The translations under genes and the position numbers were made by a program. The notes under the pieces were generated by a model. The model saw only the letters and a list, made by a program, of their open reading frames with translations, did no database searches and had not been told where the DNA came from. From Candidatus Poribacteria bacterium (GTDB lineage Bacteria > Poribacteria > WGA-4E > PCPOR2b), in contig OZ240245.1 of NCBI GenBank assembly GCA_965198175.1, forward strand, positions 1,504,001 through 1,568,000: a stretch of 64,000 nt of DNA, in the 5' to 3' direction. This document shows positions 18,427 to 28,790 of the stretch, one piece after another; position 1 is the first letter of the stretch, and the number at the start of each line of letters is the position of its first letter.

Positions 18427-19040
18427 CGTTGGTGGCTATACACACATAAAATGCCGGTTTGCGGGTTCCTGGTGAGAAAGTTTGCACCGGATTCGGTACA
18501 CGTAATCTTTCCTGATAGCAGATTGTGTCTCTTCTATCGTTCCCTCCAAAAACTAGACCTAAGATGATTTCCGACTGGCAAAACGGTCGTTATCTGGGTG
18601 AAATCAATCAACTACAATTCGTGACTCGCGAGTCCTGTGGGCGGGCTTGTGCAATCTCACCTATGTCAAACGAAAGTAGGTTACATCTTGCATAACCTAA
18701 TGCGTTGTGATATTCTTTGTCCATGTTAGATTGAAGCGATCCAGCCATCAAACAGTAGACAGAAGACGAGTCTATACTATCTGATTACACCCCAGAGCGT
18801 GAGGCGTTAGACCTAGAGCAAATTGAGCAAGGCGCCGCCGAAAAGACCGCCCTTTTTAATCGAGGCAACTACTAGTCAAGACGGTTTTGGATGGTAAAGG
18901 AATCGCGGCTGGTATGAAAAGCATCGTAGACAATATCACCATCAAGGATTGGCTAGACTTTAAACCGACTACCGCTCACGATGATTCTGATAGCAAAGTA
19001 AAACACTTGACAACCCCATTCCACAATAAGGAGTCTTAAT

Positions 19041-19433
19041 ATGAAAGTCCTTGTAATCTTCACTATTTCCGTGTGTTTACTGAGTTGCCAAGTCGACAAG
19101 CCGCGAGTAAGTTTGGGCAAGGATGTTGATAAAATTCAGGAGCAAATTAGAGAGCTAGAAAAGAAAGTTGCGAATCTTGAGAAGCGAATTATCGCAAATG
19201 AGAAGCGAATTACTGCAATTCAACTGAAACTGATTGTTTCTAAAGCCTACCGCATAGCTATGATTGAAGCCTTGAATAATAACGGCTATGATGGCGAGGG
19301 TTGGGCTGCCGAAGTTGATACGTTCTTCGATGGACTTGCTGAGGAACAACGGAAGGAGTTTGCTAAAGTACCGTTGGAAGACTCCGCAGATTTGATGCGT
19401 AGGTACAGACTTATTTTCCCTTGGGAACAGTGA
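19041..19433 (+). CDS. Hypothetical coiled-coil lipoprotein
   Basis: RBS AAGGAG, signal peptide with lipobox LLSC, heptad-like IQEQIRELEKKVANLEKRI. Confidence 0.75.
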   Translation: MKVLVIFTISVCLLSCQVDKPRVSLGKDVDKIQEQIRELEKKVANLEKRIIANEKRITAIQLKLIVSKAYRIAMIEALNNNGYDGEGWAAEVDTFFDGLAEEQRKEFAKVPLEDSADLMRRYRLIFPWEQ

Positions 19434-19466
19434 TTAACCACATGGCAGAGGAGGGAATAGTATCGC

Positions 19467-21401
19467 ATGGAACGTGCTCAACAACTACTCACCGGGACAT
19501 TTGGCTTCGACCAATTTCTGCCGGGGCAGGCGGAAGTCATCGAACATCTGCTCGCCGGGCGTTCAGCTCTAGCAACCTTTCCGACAGGTGGGGGGAAATC
19601 GCTCTGCTACCAATTGCCATCGCTCACCTTCGATGGTGTAACAGTCGTTATTTCGCCGCTGATTGCGTTGATGAAAGATCAGATCGATGTCCTCAAGAGC
19701 CGGGGTGTTCCAGCCGAGCGGCTTGATTCAACGCTATCGGCCGATGAAAATCGCTCTGTCATGTTAGCCCTGCGGTCTGGGAAATTGCGTCTCCTGTATG
19801 TGGCACCAGAGCGATTTAACAACGAACGCTTTTTGCAAGCAATTATGCACACGAAGGTATCAATGTTCGCTGTTGACGAGGCACACTGCATCTCAGAGTG
19901 GGGCCACAACTTTCGACCGGATTACCTTAAACTCGCTCGTTTTGCGCGGGCATGCCGTGCAGAGCGGTTGTTTGCATTGACGGCGACAGCGGCTCCCAAG
20001 GTAGCTGAAGACATCTGTGAGGGATTCGGTATACCCGGCGAATGCGTAGTTCGGACCGGTTTTTACCGAAGGAACCTCACAGTGTTGACAACGCCTATCA
20101 CCGCTGCTGACCGCGATAGAACTTTGCTAGAAAGGCTAAAGGCGCGTCCCGTGGGGCCCACAATAGTCTACGTCACGCTACAAAAAACAGCCGAGCAGGT
20201 AGCAGCGTATCTCGCCTCGGCGGGACTACCGGCACAAGCCTATCATGCTGGGATGAAAAATGAGCAGCGGACAGAAGTGCAAGATTGGTTCATGGACTCA
20301 GACAATGGGGTCGTGGTGGCGACCATTGCTTTCGGCATGGGAATCGACAAGCCAAACATCCGTTACATTTACCACTATAATCTGCCGAAGAGTCTTGAGA
20401 ATTTCTCGCAGGAGATTGGGCGTGCCGGGCGAGACGGAGAGAATTCGATCTGTGAGATGTTTGTCTGCTTGGATGATGTTTGCACACTTGAGAACTTTGC
20501 CTATGGGGACAGCCCAAGTCGAAACGCAATCCGAGATCTGGTCAAGGATATTTTTTCCTTTTCCGGTGAGTTCGACCTTAGTCTTTATGAACTGTCGAGG
20601 CGTCATGACATTCGTCAATTAGTGGCACGGACATTGTTAGTGAAAATGGAACTTTATGGTTATCTACAGGAACTGACCCCATTTTACAGCCGCTACCAAT
20701 TTCAGCCACTTGTTTCGTCGTCCGAAATTTTATCGAGGTTTGAAGATGAACGTCGCCAATTCCTGATAGCAGTTTTCAAACGAACTCACAAAGCCAAGAC
20801 TTGGTTTCATATTGATCTCAATGAAGCAGCAGAAGCGATTGATTGCCCCCGCGATCGAATAGTGCGGGCATTGGACTACCTCGCCGAGCAGGGGCTGTTG
20901 GAAGTGAGAGCCGAAGGGGTTCGCAATCGCTTTTTAATCCTCCAGCAGCCCGATGACATGGATCAGCTAACCGATACGCTGTTTAATAACGCGCTTGAAC
21001 TTGAGAAGCGTGAGGTAGAACGGATTGGACAAGTTATTGAGTTGGCATCGTACGACGGGTGCCAAGTAGCACACTTAGCAGCGCACTTCGGTGAAAAACT
21101 CCCTCGTCTCTGCGGACATTGTGCCTGGTGTTTAAATGGTCATGAACCTACGAGACTTTTACCCGCGGAACCGGGGGCAATCGATGAAGGAATGTGGAAG
21201 CAACTTCTTGATGCGTGGCAAGATCAGGATGAGCCAATTGACGACGCCCGTTCAGTAGCCCGATTCGCGTGTGGAATTACCTCTCCACGATTAACGCAAA
21301 CTAGAATGTCGAGACATCCGCTTTTTGGATGCTTTGCCCACGTCCGATTTGATGAGTTATACAGGCGTGCCCAAACGGTAGAACAAGATTCAAATCTGTA
21401 A
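19467..21401 (+). CDS. recQ: RecQ-family ATP-dependent DNA helicase
   Basis: PTGGGKSLCYQLP, VDEAHCISEWGHNFRPDY, VATIAFGMGIDK, QEIGRAGRDG, Zn site C...CGHCAWC. Confidence 0.95.
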   Translation: MERAQQLLTGTFGFDQFLPGQAEVIEHLLAGRSALATFPTGGGKSLCYQLPSLTFDGVTVVISPLIALMKDQIDVLKSRGVPAERLDSTLSADENRSVMLALRSGKLRLLYVAPERFNNERFLQAIMHTKVSMFAVDEAHCISEWGHNFRPDYLKLARFARACRAERLFALTATAAPKVAEDICEGFGIPGECVVRTGFYRRNLTVLTTPITAADRDRTLLERLKARPVGPTIVYVTLQKTAEQVAAYLASAGLPAQAYHAGMKNEQRTEVQDWFMDSDNGVVVATIAFGMGIDKPNIRYIYHYNLPKSLENFSQEIGRAGRDGENSICEMFVCLDDVCTLENFAYGDSPSRNAIRDLVKDIFSFSGEFDLSLYELSRRHDIRQLVARTLLVKMELYGYLQELTPFYSRYQFQPLVSSSEILSRFEDERRQFLIAVFKRTHKAKTWFHIDLNEAAEAIDCPRDRIVRALDYLAEQGLLEVRAEGVRNRFLILQQPDDMDQLTDTLFNNALELEKREVERIGQVIELASYDGCQVAHLAAHFGEKLPRLCGHCAWCLNGHEPTRLLPAEPGAIDEGMWKQLLDAWQDQDEPIDDARSVARFACGITSPRLTQTRMSRHPLFGCFAHVRFDELYRRAQTVEQDSNL

Positions 21402-21785
21402 GCGACAGCAGAAGTTCCCAATGAAACCAATCACTAAATCCATCGCCCCATTTATTGTGTGTGAATATCCAAACACATGCCTCAAATTCCCTCGGAAACT
21501 TCCAATTGAAGGTCGGGTTTGTGCGAAAAAACCACGGGTGTTGTCTAATTCCCGATACGACTTGCTACATTTTCTCTTGTAGATTTTAACTCGATTGACG
21601 ACAAAATCCTGTGGGAAATCCTCCGCAAACACTCAATTTTGACCATCGAACTAGAAGGTTTACGTTCTAAGGTGCAATTTCTTTCCCATGTTATTCGCTT
21701 AATTTTTCGGTTGCCTTTATCACACGACGCAAAACGTCTTCAATTAATCAGTGGATGAGAATCGTTTGTTGATTTCAAATCTGTT

Positions 21786-22154
21786 TCACTGTGCCTCCCT
21801 CGAAGAATGAAAGTCCTCCCGATACGTGTCGAAAAAATCCCTTATCGTCATTCCGTAGTCTGTTTCCAAATATTGTTCCAATTTTTGGGTGTTTCGCTCC
21901 CATTCTTGGTCTAGGGGAGCTATGAGATCCGAAATTCGTTCCTTCTCACTTTGAACCTGTAGGAGTTCATCATGTAGCCTTTGGTTTTCCTCTCCACTTG
22001 TCCCGTTAATCGCGGAGTTAAGTTCGTCCTCGATTTTACCGAGCTTCGCATATTCGCGCATAAAAGGCCTGATTTCCTCCGCATGGGACACATTTTTGTT
22101 CCACAACTCGTTGACGACAATAAAGAGCATTTCTAGCTCCGATCTGATTTCTGA
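21786..22154 (-). pseudogene. 3' half of a membrane-anchored hypothetical gene interrupted by IS630
   Basis: Helical/acidic ORF beginning at the IS boundary; joins in frame to 23637-23323 when the IS and one TCA are removed. Confidence 0.8.
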
Positions 22155-23322
22155 TACGATTTCCAAATCTAAATGTTACGGACAATCCAATCGAATCCGG
22201 TAATGGATTGAACGATGTCGGACTGAGCCTCGAAGTAAAGCAACCCTTCAACCAACGTCTCTTCCAGGTGTGTCATATGTTCGAAAGATTAGGTTGGGGA
22301 AGTATTTCTCCCGCAGTTCGTCCCAGACATGTTCAACCGGATTGAGTTGCGGGCAGTAGGGTGGTAACGTTTCGACCATCATCTGCTCCGGGATTACCAA
22401 AGCGGATGTACTATGGCTTGGTGCTTGGTCATATATCATTAAAATGAACTCATACGGGTGTCTTTGGGACACTTCATCGAGGAAAAGGTTCATTGACTAA
22501 CTGTCCATATTAGGCAAAATCAGAAAATCGCACGCCCCATCAACCGGGCTGACCGCCCCATACGCATAAGTATATTCTCTAACGGTTTGTTTCAAAACCA
22601 CGGGGCGAATCTCTTTTGGGGCCCAACACCTTTTCGGCTCGTTGATTCGACCAAACCGCGCCTCGTCCTGGAGCATTACTCGTAAAGGCAACCCTTTTTG
22701 CTTTGCTTCCTTTTGAGCTTGTTGGATAAGCGTGGGGAATTTTTTTAAAAGTATCGGCAGCTAGCTCATCGTGTTTCGGGTGTTGGGGTCTCGGAACCAC
22801 TTTTCGCCACTGATGTCGGTGCAAAAGCGCGTAAACCGTCGATTTTCCCACTTTTTCTTGGTAAGCGCGATGAATCTGTGAAACCTCAATGATTTGACCG
22901 CTTGCTGCCTTTGTCACCAAGTCGGCGATGAACGCTTGCTCATCAGCTAGGCTCAGGTTTTGATGATTTCTGCCCCCTTTGGGCTTGGGAGATAGCGCGG
23001 CAATCCCATTTTTACGGTACTTACTTTGGATTCTTCTCACACTTGCCGGGTGATAGGTGGTAATTTCAGCGATTTGGTTCGAGGAATAACCATACTTCTC
23101 CCTTAGATAGACGCATTGAATACGCCGGTACTCCGAGAGGGTTGAGGCTTGTTCAAGTCGTTGTCTAAGTTGGGCTTCGTTCTTTTCGGGCATGACGCTT
23201 CCTTTGCTCGTTCGGATGGACGCCCGTCGATTACACAGCAATCGGCTGATTCCAATCAACACTACAGTAAAGTTAGATGCTAGCATTATATCTCTTTGTA
23301 ACTTATAGATCAATAATTAGTA
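22155..23322 (-). mobile_element. IS630-family insertion sequence (1168 bp, decayed)
   Basis: Imperfect terminal IRs (minus strand TACTAATTATTGATCTATAA ... TTTAGATTTGGAAATCGTA) flanked by TCA on both sides; contains an HTH-DDE transposase. Confidence 0.88.
22169..23193 (-). pseudogene. IS630 transposase pseudogene
   Basis: HTH ORF from ATG at 23193; A7 slippery run at 22746-22740 leading to the -1 frame QDEARFGR, YAYGAVSP, YDQAPSH, LPPYCPQLNPVEHVWDELRE; in-frame TAG at 22499-22497 and a further frameshift near 22270 before ...QSITGFDWIVRNI*. Confidence 0.9.
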
Positions 23323-23637
23323 TGAGTCATCAGTTTCAATTTCAGGAGCCGAGGAAAATTCCTTATTTTCTGTATCCTCAAGACTCTCTTGAGAACCTTG
23401 CCCTAGGATTTCGACTTCTTCTCTTGTTTTTTCTGTTTCCGCCGGAGTTGGTTGTTCTTGCTCTGCTTTCGAGAAATCGGTGCGGGGAGCGTACTTGACG
23501 GAATTGTCTTCCGGTACATGGGGTATTTCCTGCTGCTGTTCGGTACGGGTCCGTAGTTCGAAAAAAAATGTATAGATGAAATAAATGACCGAGGCCAAAA
23601 AAACGAGGCACGAAAATAACAGAAATTTCTTGTGCAA
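23323..23637 (-). pseudogene. 5' half of the IS630-interrupted membrane-anchored hypothetical gene
   Basis: TTG start after AAAGGAG, N-terminal TM helix, acidic linker; its stop codon lies inside the IS end. Confidence 0.8.
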
Positions 23638-23767
23638 TTTCTTTTTTCTCCTTTCGTATTCGTTTGAAAAAGAGAAGTGTAATATGAATCAATCAATTGC
23701 TTAACGAGTCGTATTCGGACAGGGATTTAATCCTCTCTAAGGTTCGATCCTCATATATTGATTGTTG

Positions 23768-23835
23768 ATTCGTCAAAAAGCCGCTGAATCGCAGTGGCGG
23801 CAGTCTGCGTGTCTCGGAGCGGTTTAACGGGGGCT
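23768..23835 (-). repeat. Direct-repeat copy of the ELM1-family gene 3' end (matches 27575-27642)
   Basis: 60/68 nt identical by manual alignment; encodes APVKPLRDTQTAATAIQRLFDE versus APVKPLRDTQTAAAAIQRLFGE. Confidence 0.92.
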
Positions 23836-24021
23836 ATACCGTTCGTAAATACCCCTTCTGATGCTGTGATTGGTATTCAAAGCAACCTGTTTTTCCATAC
23901 CCGCCTTTTTATTCCAGCGCCAAGTAATCCAACCCTCTCTTTTTTTACCACCAAATTGCCATTTGTGCGATAGCCGAGCCGCTATGCCGCATCGTTATAA
24001 TCCCAAAAGAGGCTGCGCAGT

Positions 24022-25581
24022 TTAATCAATAATTTTCCATAGGAGCACCGTCCCGTCGTCACTCGCACTGGCGAGCACGCCACTCACCGGACTGAACGCC
24101 ACGCTATTGACCGCACCTGTATGTCCGGCGAGCGTTTCTTTACCTTCACCCGTCATGGCATTCCACAGTCGCACCGTATTGTCTTCACCCCCGCTGGCAA
24201 GTACCTTTCCATCAGGACTGAACACTACACTTAAAACATTATCTTTATGCCCAACGAGCGTTCGCTTATTTTCACCGGTCATGGTATCCCACAGATGCAC
24301 ATGTTTGTCCTTCCATAGTTTACTCGCGGTAGCATACGTGGAGCCGTCCGGGCTGAACGCTATACTTGCAATGCTATCCGTATTTCCCGCGAGCGTCCGT
24401 TCATGTGTCCACGCCACGGCATTCCACAATCGCACCGTCTTGTCCTCACCCCCACTAGCAAGCACTTTGCCATCTGGACTGAACGCTACGCTTTTGATCT
24501 TTTTTGTGTACCCTGCGAGTGTCTCCTTATGTTCACCCGTTGTGGCATCCCACAGTCGTACCGTCCCATCCCAACTCCCGCTGGCAAGTGATTTGCTATG
24601 TGGGTTGAACGCTACAGTATTGATCATTTCTTTATGCCCGGTGAGCGTCCTTTTGTGTTCTCCCGTTGTGGCATCCCACAGATGCACGGTATTATCCTCC
24701 CATCCCCCACTCGTGTTGGCAAGCGTGGTACCATCTGGACTGAAGGCAACGCTTAAGACCACCTCCATGATTATATCTTTATCCCCGGTGAGGGTTGTCT
24801 TGATATCGCCCGTTACCGCATCCCACAGCCGCACCGTCGTTCCCCAACTTCCAGTAGCAAGGGTCCTCCCATCCGGACCGAACGCTATGCTTGAGATAGC
24901 ATTCCTATGCGCGGCGAGGGTTCTTTCGCGTTTCATCCTAATGCCATCCCACGACCGCACCGGCTTCTTCGCTGGAGGCGGTTCGCTAATCTGCAGCGGC
25001 ACCACTATGAAATCCCACAGGCGTACTTTCCCGTCTCTTCCCCCACAGGCAAAGATCCGCCCATCAGAACTAAACGCTACGCTTGAAACCGGACTAGTAT
25101 GTGTTTTAAGCTCCCACGTGCCACCTTGTTTGGTATCCCACACAAGTATACTCCAATCCGCGCCTCCGCTGGCAATAAACTCCCCATCCGGACTGAATGC
25201 TACGCTATTGACCACATCTGTATGTCTGGTGCGAGCCCACTTGAGTGCCCCCGTTTCGACATCCCACAGCCGCACCGTCATGTCCCTACCTCCACTGGCA
25301 AGCGTCTTCCCATCAGTGGTGAATGAAACGCTCAAGACCTCCGACGTATGTCCGGTGAGTAGAGCAACCTCTTTTTGGGTTGCTGTATCATACAGCCAAA
25401 TACCGATGGAACCAGCGACCGCAAGCAGAGTGCCATCGGGAGAATACTGAATCACATTTATACTGCCCTTACCGAGGCGGGCAATGGCACCTTCGGGGAG
25501 ATTCAGGTGCGTGTATCCTAGGGGGTAAGCATATGGCGAAAATAGAGTCAAAAGCATAAGAAATGTCATCGTGATTTTCAT
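24022..25581 (-). CDS. Secreted WD40-repeat protein
   Basis: Signal peptide MKITMTFLMLLTLFSPYAYP, LPEGAIARLGKG, then about 11 repeats of GHxxxVxSVAFSPDGxxLASGGxDxTVRLWD; ATG at 25581 has an RBS. Confidence 0.93.
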   Translation of the reverse strand: MKITMTFLMLLTLFSPYAYPLGYTHLNLPEGAIARLGKGSINVIQYSPDGTLLAVAGSIGIWLYDTATQKEVALLTGHTSEVLSVSFTTDGKTLASGGRDMTVRLWDVETGALKWARTRHTDVVNSVAFSPDGEFIASGGADWSILVWDTKQGGTWELKTHTSPVSSVAFSSDGRIFACGGRDGKVRLWDFIVVPLQISEPPPAKKPVRSWDGIRMKRERTLAAHRNAISSIAFGPDGRTLATGSWGTTVRLWDAVTGDIKTTLTGDKDIIMEVVLSVAFSPDGTTLANTSGGWEDNTVHLWDATTGEHKRTLTGHKEMINTVAFNPHSKSLASGSWDGTVRLWDATTGEHKETLAGYTKKIKSVAFSPDGKVLASGGEDKTVRLWNAVAWTHERTLAGNTDSIASIAFSPDGSTYATASKLWKDKHVHLWDTMTGENKRTLVGHKDNVLSVVFSPDGKVLASGGEDNTVRLWNAMTGEGKETLAGHTGAVNSVAFSPVSGVLASASDDGTVLLWKIID

Positions 25582-25875
25582 CTGGAATCCTACCTTTCTG
25601 GAAATGGAATGGATTGGCATAGTGTTTCTATTCCGTTGGCAAAGCAAGTGCCGTTTAATTTTGAATTATGAGGGAGTTCGTTGTTATAATAGATAAACCT
25701 TACCAAATCAGAAATACAAATCGTGAACACACGCGCAAGATTGTGTATCGTCACTTCTTGCTGTGGGTCGAATTTGCTGTTGTTCAAGTGGAAAAATACC
25801 TGATCCTTACTTTTTCCGCTGTCATTGAGTGTCACCCCATTGTAACAATATAACGCTAACAAGGAGAAGTCTAAA

Positions 25876-26574
25876 ATGAAACACAAAAGATTTATAACAT
25901 TGGCTAGTTTTGTTAGCCTAACCGTTGTTCTGTCTGTTTTATGTTTGCCGAGTGTGTCTGGATCGTCGATGGCGCCGTATGAAAAGGGTTTTAGCATTGC
26001 GAATGTAGTGGATGATTCCGATCTGGTTGTTTTCGGTGACGTGGTGAAAAAGCAGTTTGTGTTTCGTGAGGGGTTCGGGCGCACAACGGACATCTCAATC
26101 GATGTCAGAGAGATGATAAAAGGGACTCCAAACGCAGGTGAGGACCATGTAAAGTTTATGATTGATGGAGGAACGGGAACCGATCCAAACACCGGCAGAA
26201 CTTTGACAAAAGAAGTTTCAGGTACACCCGAATTTGAATTGAACGAGGGGGTTTTACTTTTTCTAGTGAAAAGCACTGAGTTGCAAAAACCGCATGGCGG
26301 ATATTATGTCTTTTATGGCACCTATGGTAAAAGACTGATGAAAAACGGTAAAGTGACGCTCTATTATACATTGGATAATGATGAGGTGAAAGTAATTGAT
26401 TTGCCAATTGGCTTAGTTATTCAGATTGCTAAGGCAGCGGCCAAAGATTATGAGGCAGCGAGTCGGTTGGAGAATGATATTAGAGCACACATCATTTTTT
26501 TTCAAAAACTTACAGATCGCCTAAAACGTGAAGCGCAACAGATTATGGATAGACAACTGCAAAATCAAGAATAG
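25876..26574 (+). CDS. Secreted hypothetical protein, tandem paralogue 1
   Basis: RBS AAGGAG, signal peptide; near-identical to the next gene. Confidence 0.85.
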   Translation: MKHKRFITLASFVSLTVVLSVLCLPSVSGSSMAPYEKGFSIANVVDDSDLVVFGDVVKKQFVFREGFGRTTDISIDVREMIKGTPNAGEDHVKFMIDGGTGTDPNTGRTLTKEVSGTPEFELNEGVLLFLVKSTELQKPHGGYYVFYGTYGKRLMKNGKVTLYYTLDNDEVKVIDLPIGLVIQIAKAAAKDYEAASRLENDIRAHIIFFQKLTDRLKREAQQIMDRQLQNQE

Positions 26575-26584
26575 GAGAAATTAA

Positions 26585-27295
26585 GTGGACGCTATCTTAT
26601 ATCAACAAAGGTTTGTTAAATTGGCTAGTCTTGTAAGCCTAACAGTTGTTCTGTTTGTTTTTTGTTTGCCGAGAGTGTACGGTTTGTCGATGGCGCCGTA
26701 CGGAAAGGGTTTTAGCATTGCGAATGTAGTGGGTGATTCCAATCTGGTTGTTTTCGGTCGAGTGGTTAAAAAAGAGTTTGTGTTCCGTGAGGAGTTCGGG
26801 CGCACAACGGACATCTCAATCGATGTCAGAGAGATGATAAAAGGGACTCCAAACGCAGGTGAGGACCATGTAAAGTTTATGATTGATGGAGGAACGGGAA
26901 CCGATCCAAACACCGGCAGAACTTTGACAGAAAAAGTTTCAGGTACACCCGAATTTGAATTAAACGAGACGGTTTTACTTTTTCTGGTGAAAAGCAGAAG
27001 ATCTGAGCTTTGTACACCGCATGGTGGATATTACATCTTTTATGTTTTCTATGGCAAAAGACCGGTCAATAACGGTAAAGTGTCGCTCTGGTATACATTA
27101 GATAATGACGGCGTGGGGGTTATAGATTTGCCCGTTGACTTAGTTATTCAGATTGCAAAGGCAGCCGCCAAAAATTATGAAGCAGCTAGTCGATTGGAAA
27201 ATGACATCAGAGCACAAATTATTTTTTTTCGAAAACTTACAGATCGTCTCAAGCGTGAAGCGCAACAGATTATAGATGGACAGCCGCAAAATTAA
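26585..27295 (+). CDS. Secreted hypothetical protein, tandem paralogue 2
   Basis: RBS AGGAG, GTG start; collinear with paralogue 1 at a 721-bp offset. Confidence 0.85.
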   Translation: MDAILYQQRFVKLASLVSLTVVLFVFCLPRVYGLSMAPYGKGFSIANVVGDSNLVVFGRVVKKEFVFREEFGRTTDISIDVREMIKGTPNAGEDHVKFMIDGGTGTDPNTGRTLTEKVSGTPEFELNETVLLFLVKSRRSELCTPHGGYYIFYVFYGKRPVNNGKVSLWYTLDNDGVGVIDLPVDLVIQIAKAAAKNYEAASRLENDIRAQIIFFRKLTDRLKREAQQIIDGQPQN

Positions 27296-27557
27296 GAATA
27301 GGAGAATTTTAGGGAACGCTATCTAATTTCTACTGCATGAGCGCTATTATGTAATAGTGAACCAATATACCAATCAACCAATTACGCTTCGCGTTGTAAT
27401 TTTCTTTACGTCCCCTGTCCCGTGGTAGAAATCGAAATCGTCGATTATAGATCCGAATGAGATATTGTCATTTTGCCTTATTTTCGTTCCTGCCTTAATT
27501 CCCGGTCCTGCCAAGTTTCACGCATCACCCTGTTTGAAACGTCTCAAAGGTTTGTCC

Positions 27558-28667
27558 TCACTTATTGGTCTTCCATTCGCCAAAAAGCCGCTGAATCGCT
27601 GCAGCGGCAGTCTGTGTATCTCGCAGCGGTTTAACCGGGGCTGGATCAGCCAATGCTTGCATGATGTTTTCCGCCAGGTTCTTTGTGTTGCTCCATCTGA
27701 CCGATGCCCGACGCATGATTTCTTGATAAACTCGATTTCGCTTCGAGGCGCAACGTGTTTTGCGATCAACCTCCAGAATAATCACCTTCCGCCCACTACT
27801 TGCCGCTTCGCAGACCATCGAAAAACTGTCTTCGGTGACAACAACGAGATTCGACAATGCAAGAATCTGATTGACAGGATTGACTACACCATTTTCACGG
27901 TGCGCTAAGACAAGGATTGGGCAAAACTCTGAATCCGACAGCCGCGCACCAATCAGGTTCTCGACAGCAATCGGGGTGCGGCGGGAAGTTGTCAATAGGA
28001 TTTGGCAGTTACGTGTGTCAGCGATCCGGCGTAATGTTTCAATAAGATTAACCGTTGTGTTGTTGCTAATCCTCGCGTAGCGATCCTCACCGCCGATGAG
28101 CACACCAATTCGCCGGCGATCTGGGTCATTTTCATCCGCCTCGTAAAAATTGGAGTTTTCAAAATGTTGCCTACGCCGAGCGTCTAAATCTTCTGGAGAG
28201 ATTCGGTTCGGAACGCCGATTGTCTTACAAATGTTGCCTCTGTCCCGGCGGGGCCAGTACATTTTAGGAAGGATAGCAAGATCGAAATGGGAGATGCCGA
28301 GGGGCGATGGGCGGCGACAGGTAACAGTCTTTGCACTGAGACGTTGTCCGAGAAGCAAGTTGACAGCGGCGACCGATGACCCTGTTGAGAGGATGAAATC
28401 TGCGTAATCAATCGCGTCGAGTTGATTCAGTACCTTTCGTTGCAGCGCCATACGCAGCAAACACTCGATGAGTTCGTGCCGTAGTCGAAATCCTCCAAAT
28501 ATGCGCATTAGCACGCGCAGGAGATTATCTCGCCCCTTGCTGCGGAAGGCGACTTCCAGCAACTGGTAGCTGTACTCAGGGATCTGTTGGATTACACCTA
28601 AAGACTGGTTATAATGACCAGGTTTACCGTCACTCAAGACGATGGCATGGATGGTCCTTGTGGACAT
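27558..28667 (-). CDS. ELM1/GtrOC1-family putative glycosyltransferase-like protein
   Basis: LSDGKPGHYNQSLG, VLIGG, LLTTSRRTP, VVTEDSFSMVCEAASSGRKV motifs. Confidence 0.85.
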   Translation of the reverse strand: MSTRTIHAIVLSDGKPGHYNQSLGVIQQIPEYSYQLLEVAFRSKGRDNLLRVLMRIFGGFRLRHELIECLLRMALQRKVLNQLDAIDYADFILSTGSSVAAVNLLLGQRLSAKTVTCRRPSPLGISHFDLAILPKMYWPRRDRGNICKTIGVPNRISPEDLDARRRQHFENSNFYEADENDPDRRRIGVLIGGEDRYARISNNTTVNLIETLRRIADTRNCQILLTTSRRTPIAVENLIGARLSDSEFCPILVLAHRENGVVNPVNQILALSNLVVVTEDSFSMVCEAASSGRKVIILEVDRKTRCASKRNRVYQEIMRRASVRWSNTKNLAENIMQALADPAPVKPLRDTQTAAAAIQRLFGEWKTNK

Positions 28668-28790
28668 AATCCGAATGCTAAAACGTAATCGGAAATTGAG
28701 GTTTCATTACAGATTTGGGAAGTTCGTACGGTTCGATTATGTGCTTGGGTTTTTTCTGTTCTGATTCGTTGACTCGCAGATCGTTGCTAA

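Noticed and set aside
18740..18751. 12-nt match (cagccatcaaac) to tRNA-Glu as a possible att site
   Set aside because: Too short, does not include the tRNA 3' end, and no integrase nearby.
18723..18875. Stop-interrupted reading frame as a pseudogene
   Set aside because: No recognisable protein similarity, so it cannot be supported.
24107..25450. 447-aa plus-strand ORF
   Set aside because: Antisense shadow of the WD40 gene; its repeats mirror the WD40 codons.
25590..26913. Minus-strand ORFs of 228 and 103 aa
   Set aside because: Antisense to the tandem paralogues, which have RBSs and signal peptides.
25876..27295. Possible diversity-generating retroelement template/variable repeat pair
   Set aside because: Whole-gene duplication, differences not confined to adenines, and no reverse transcriptase seen.
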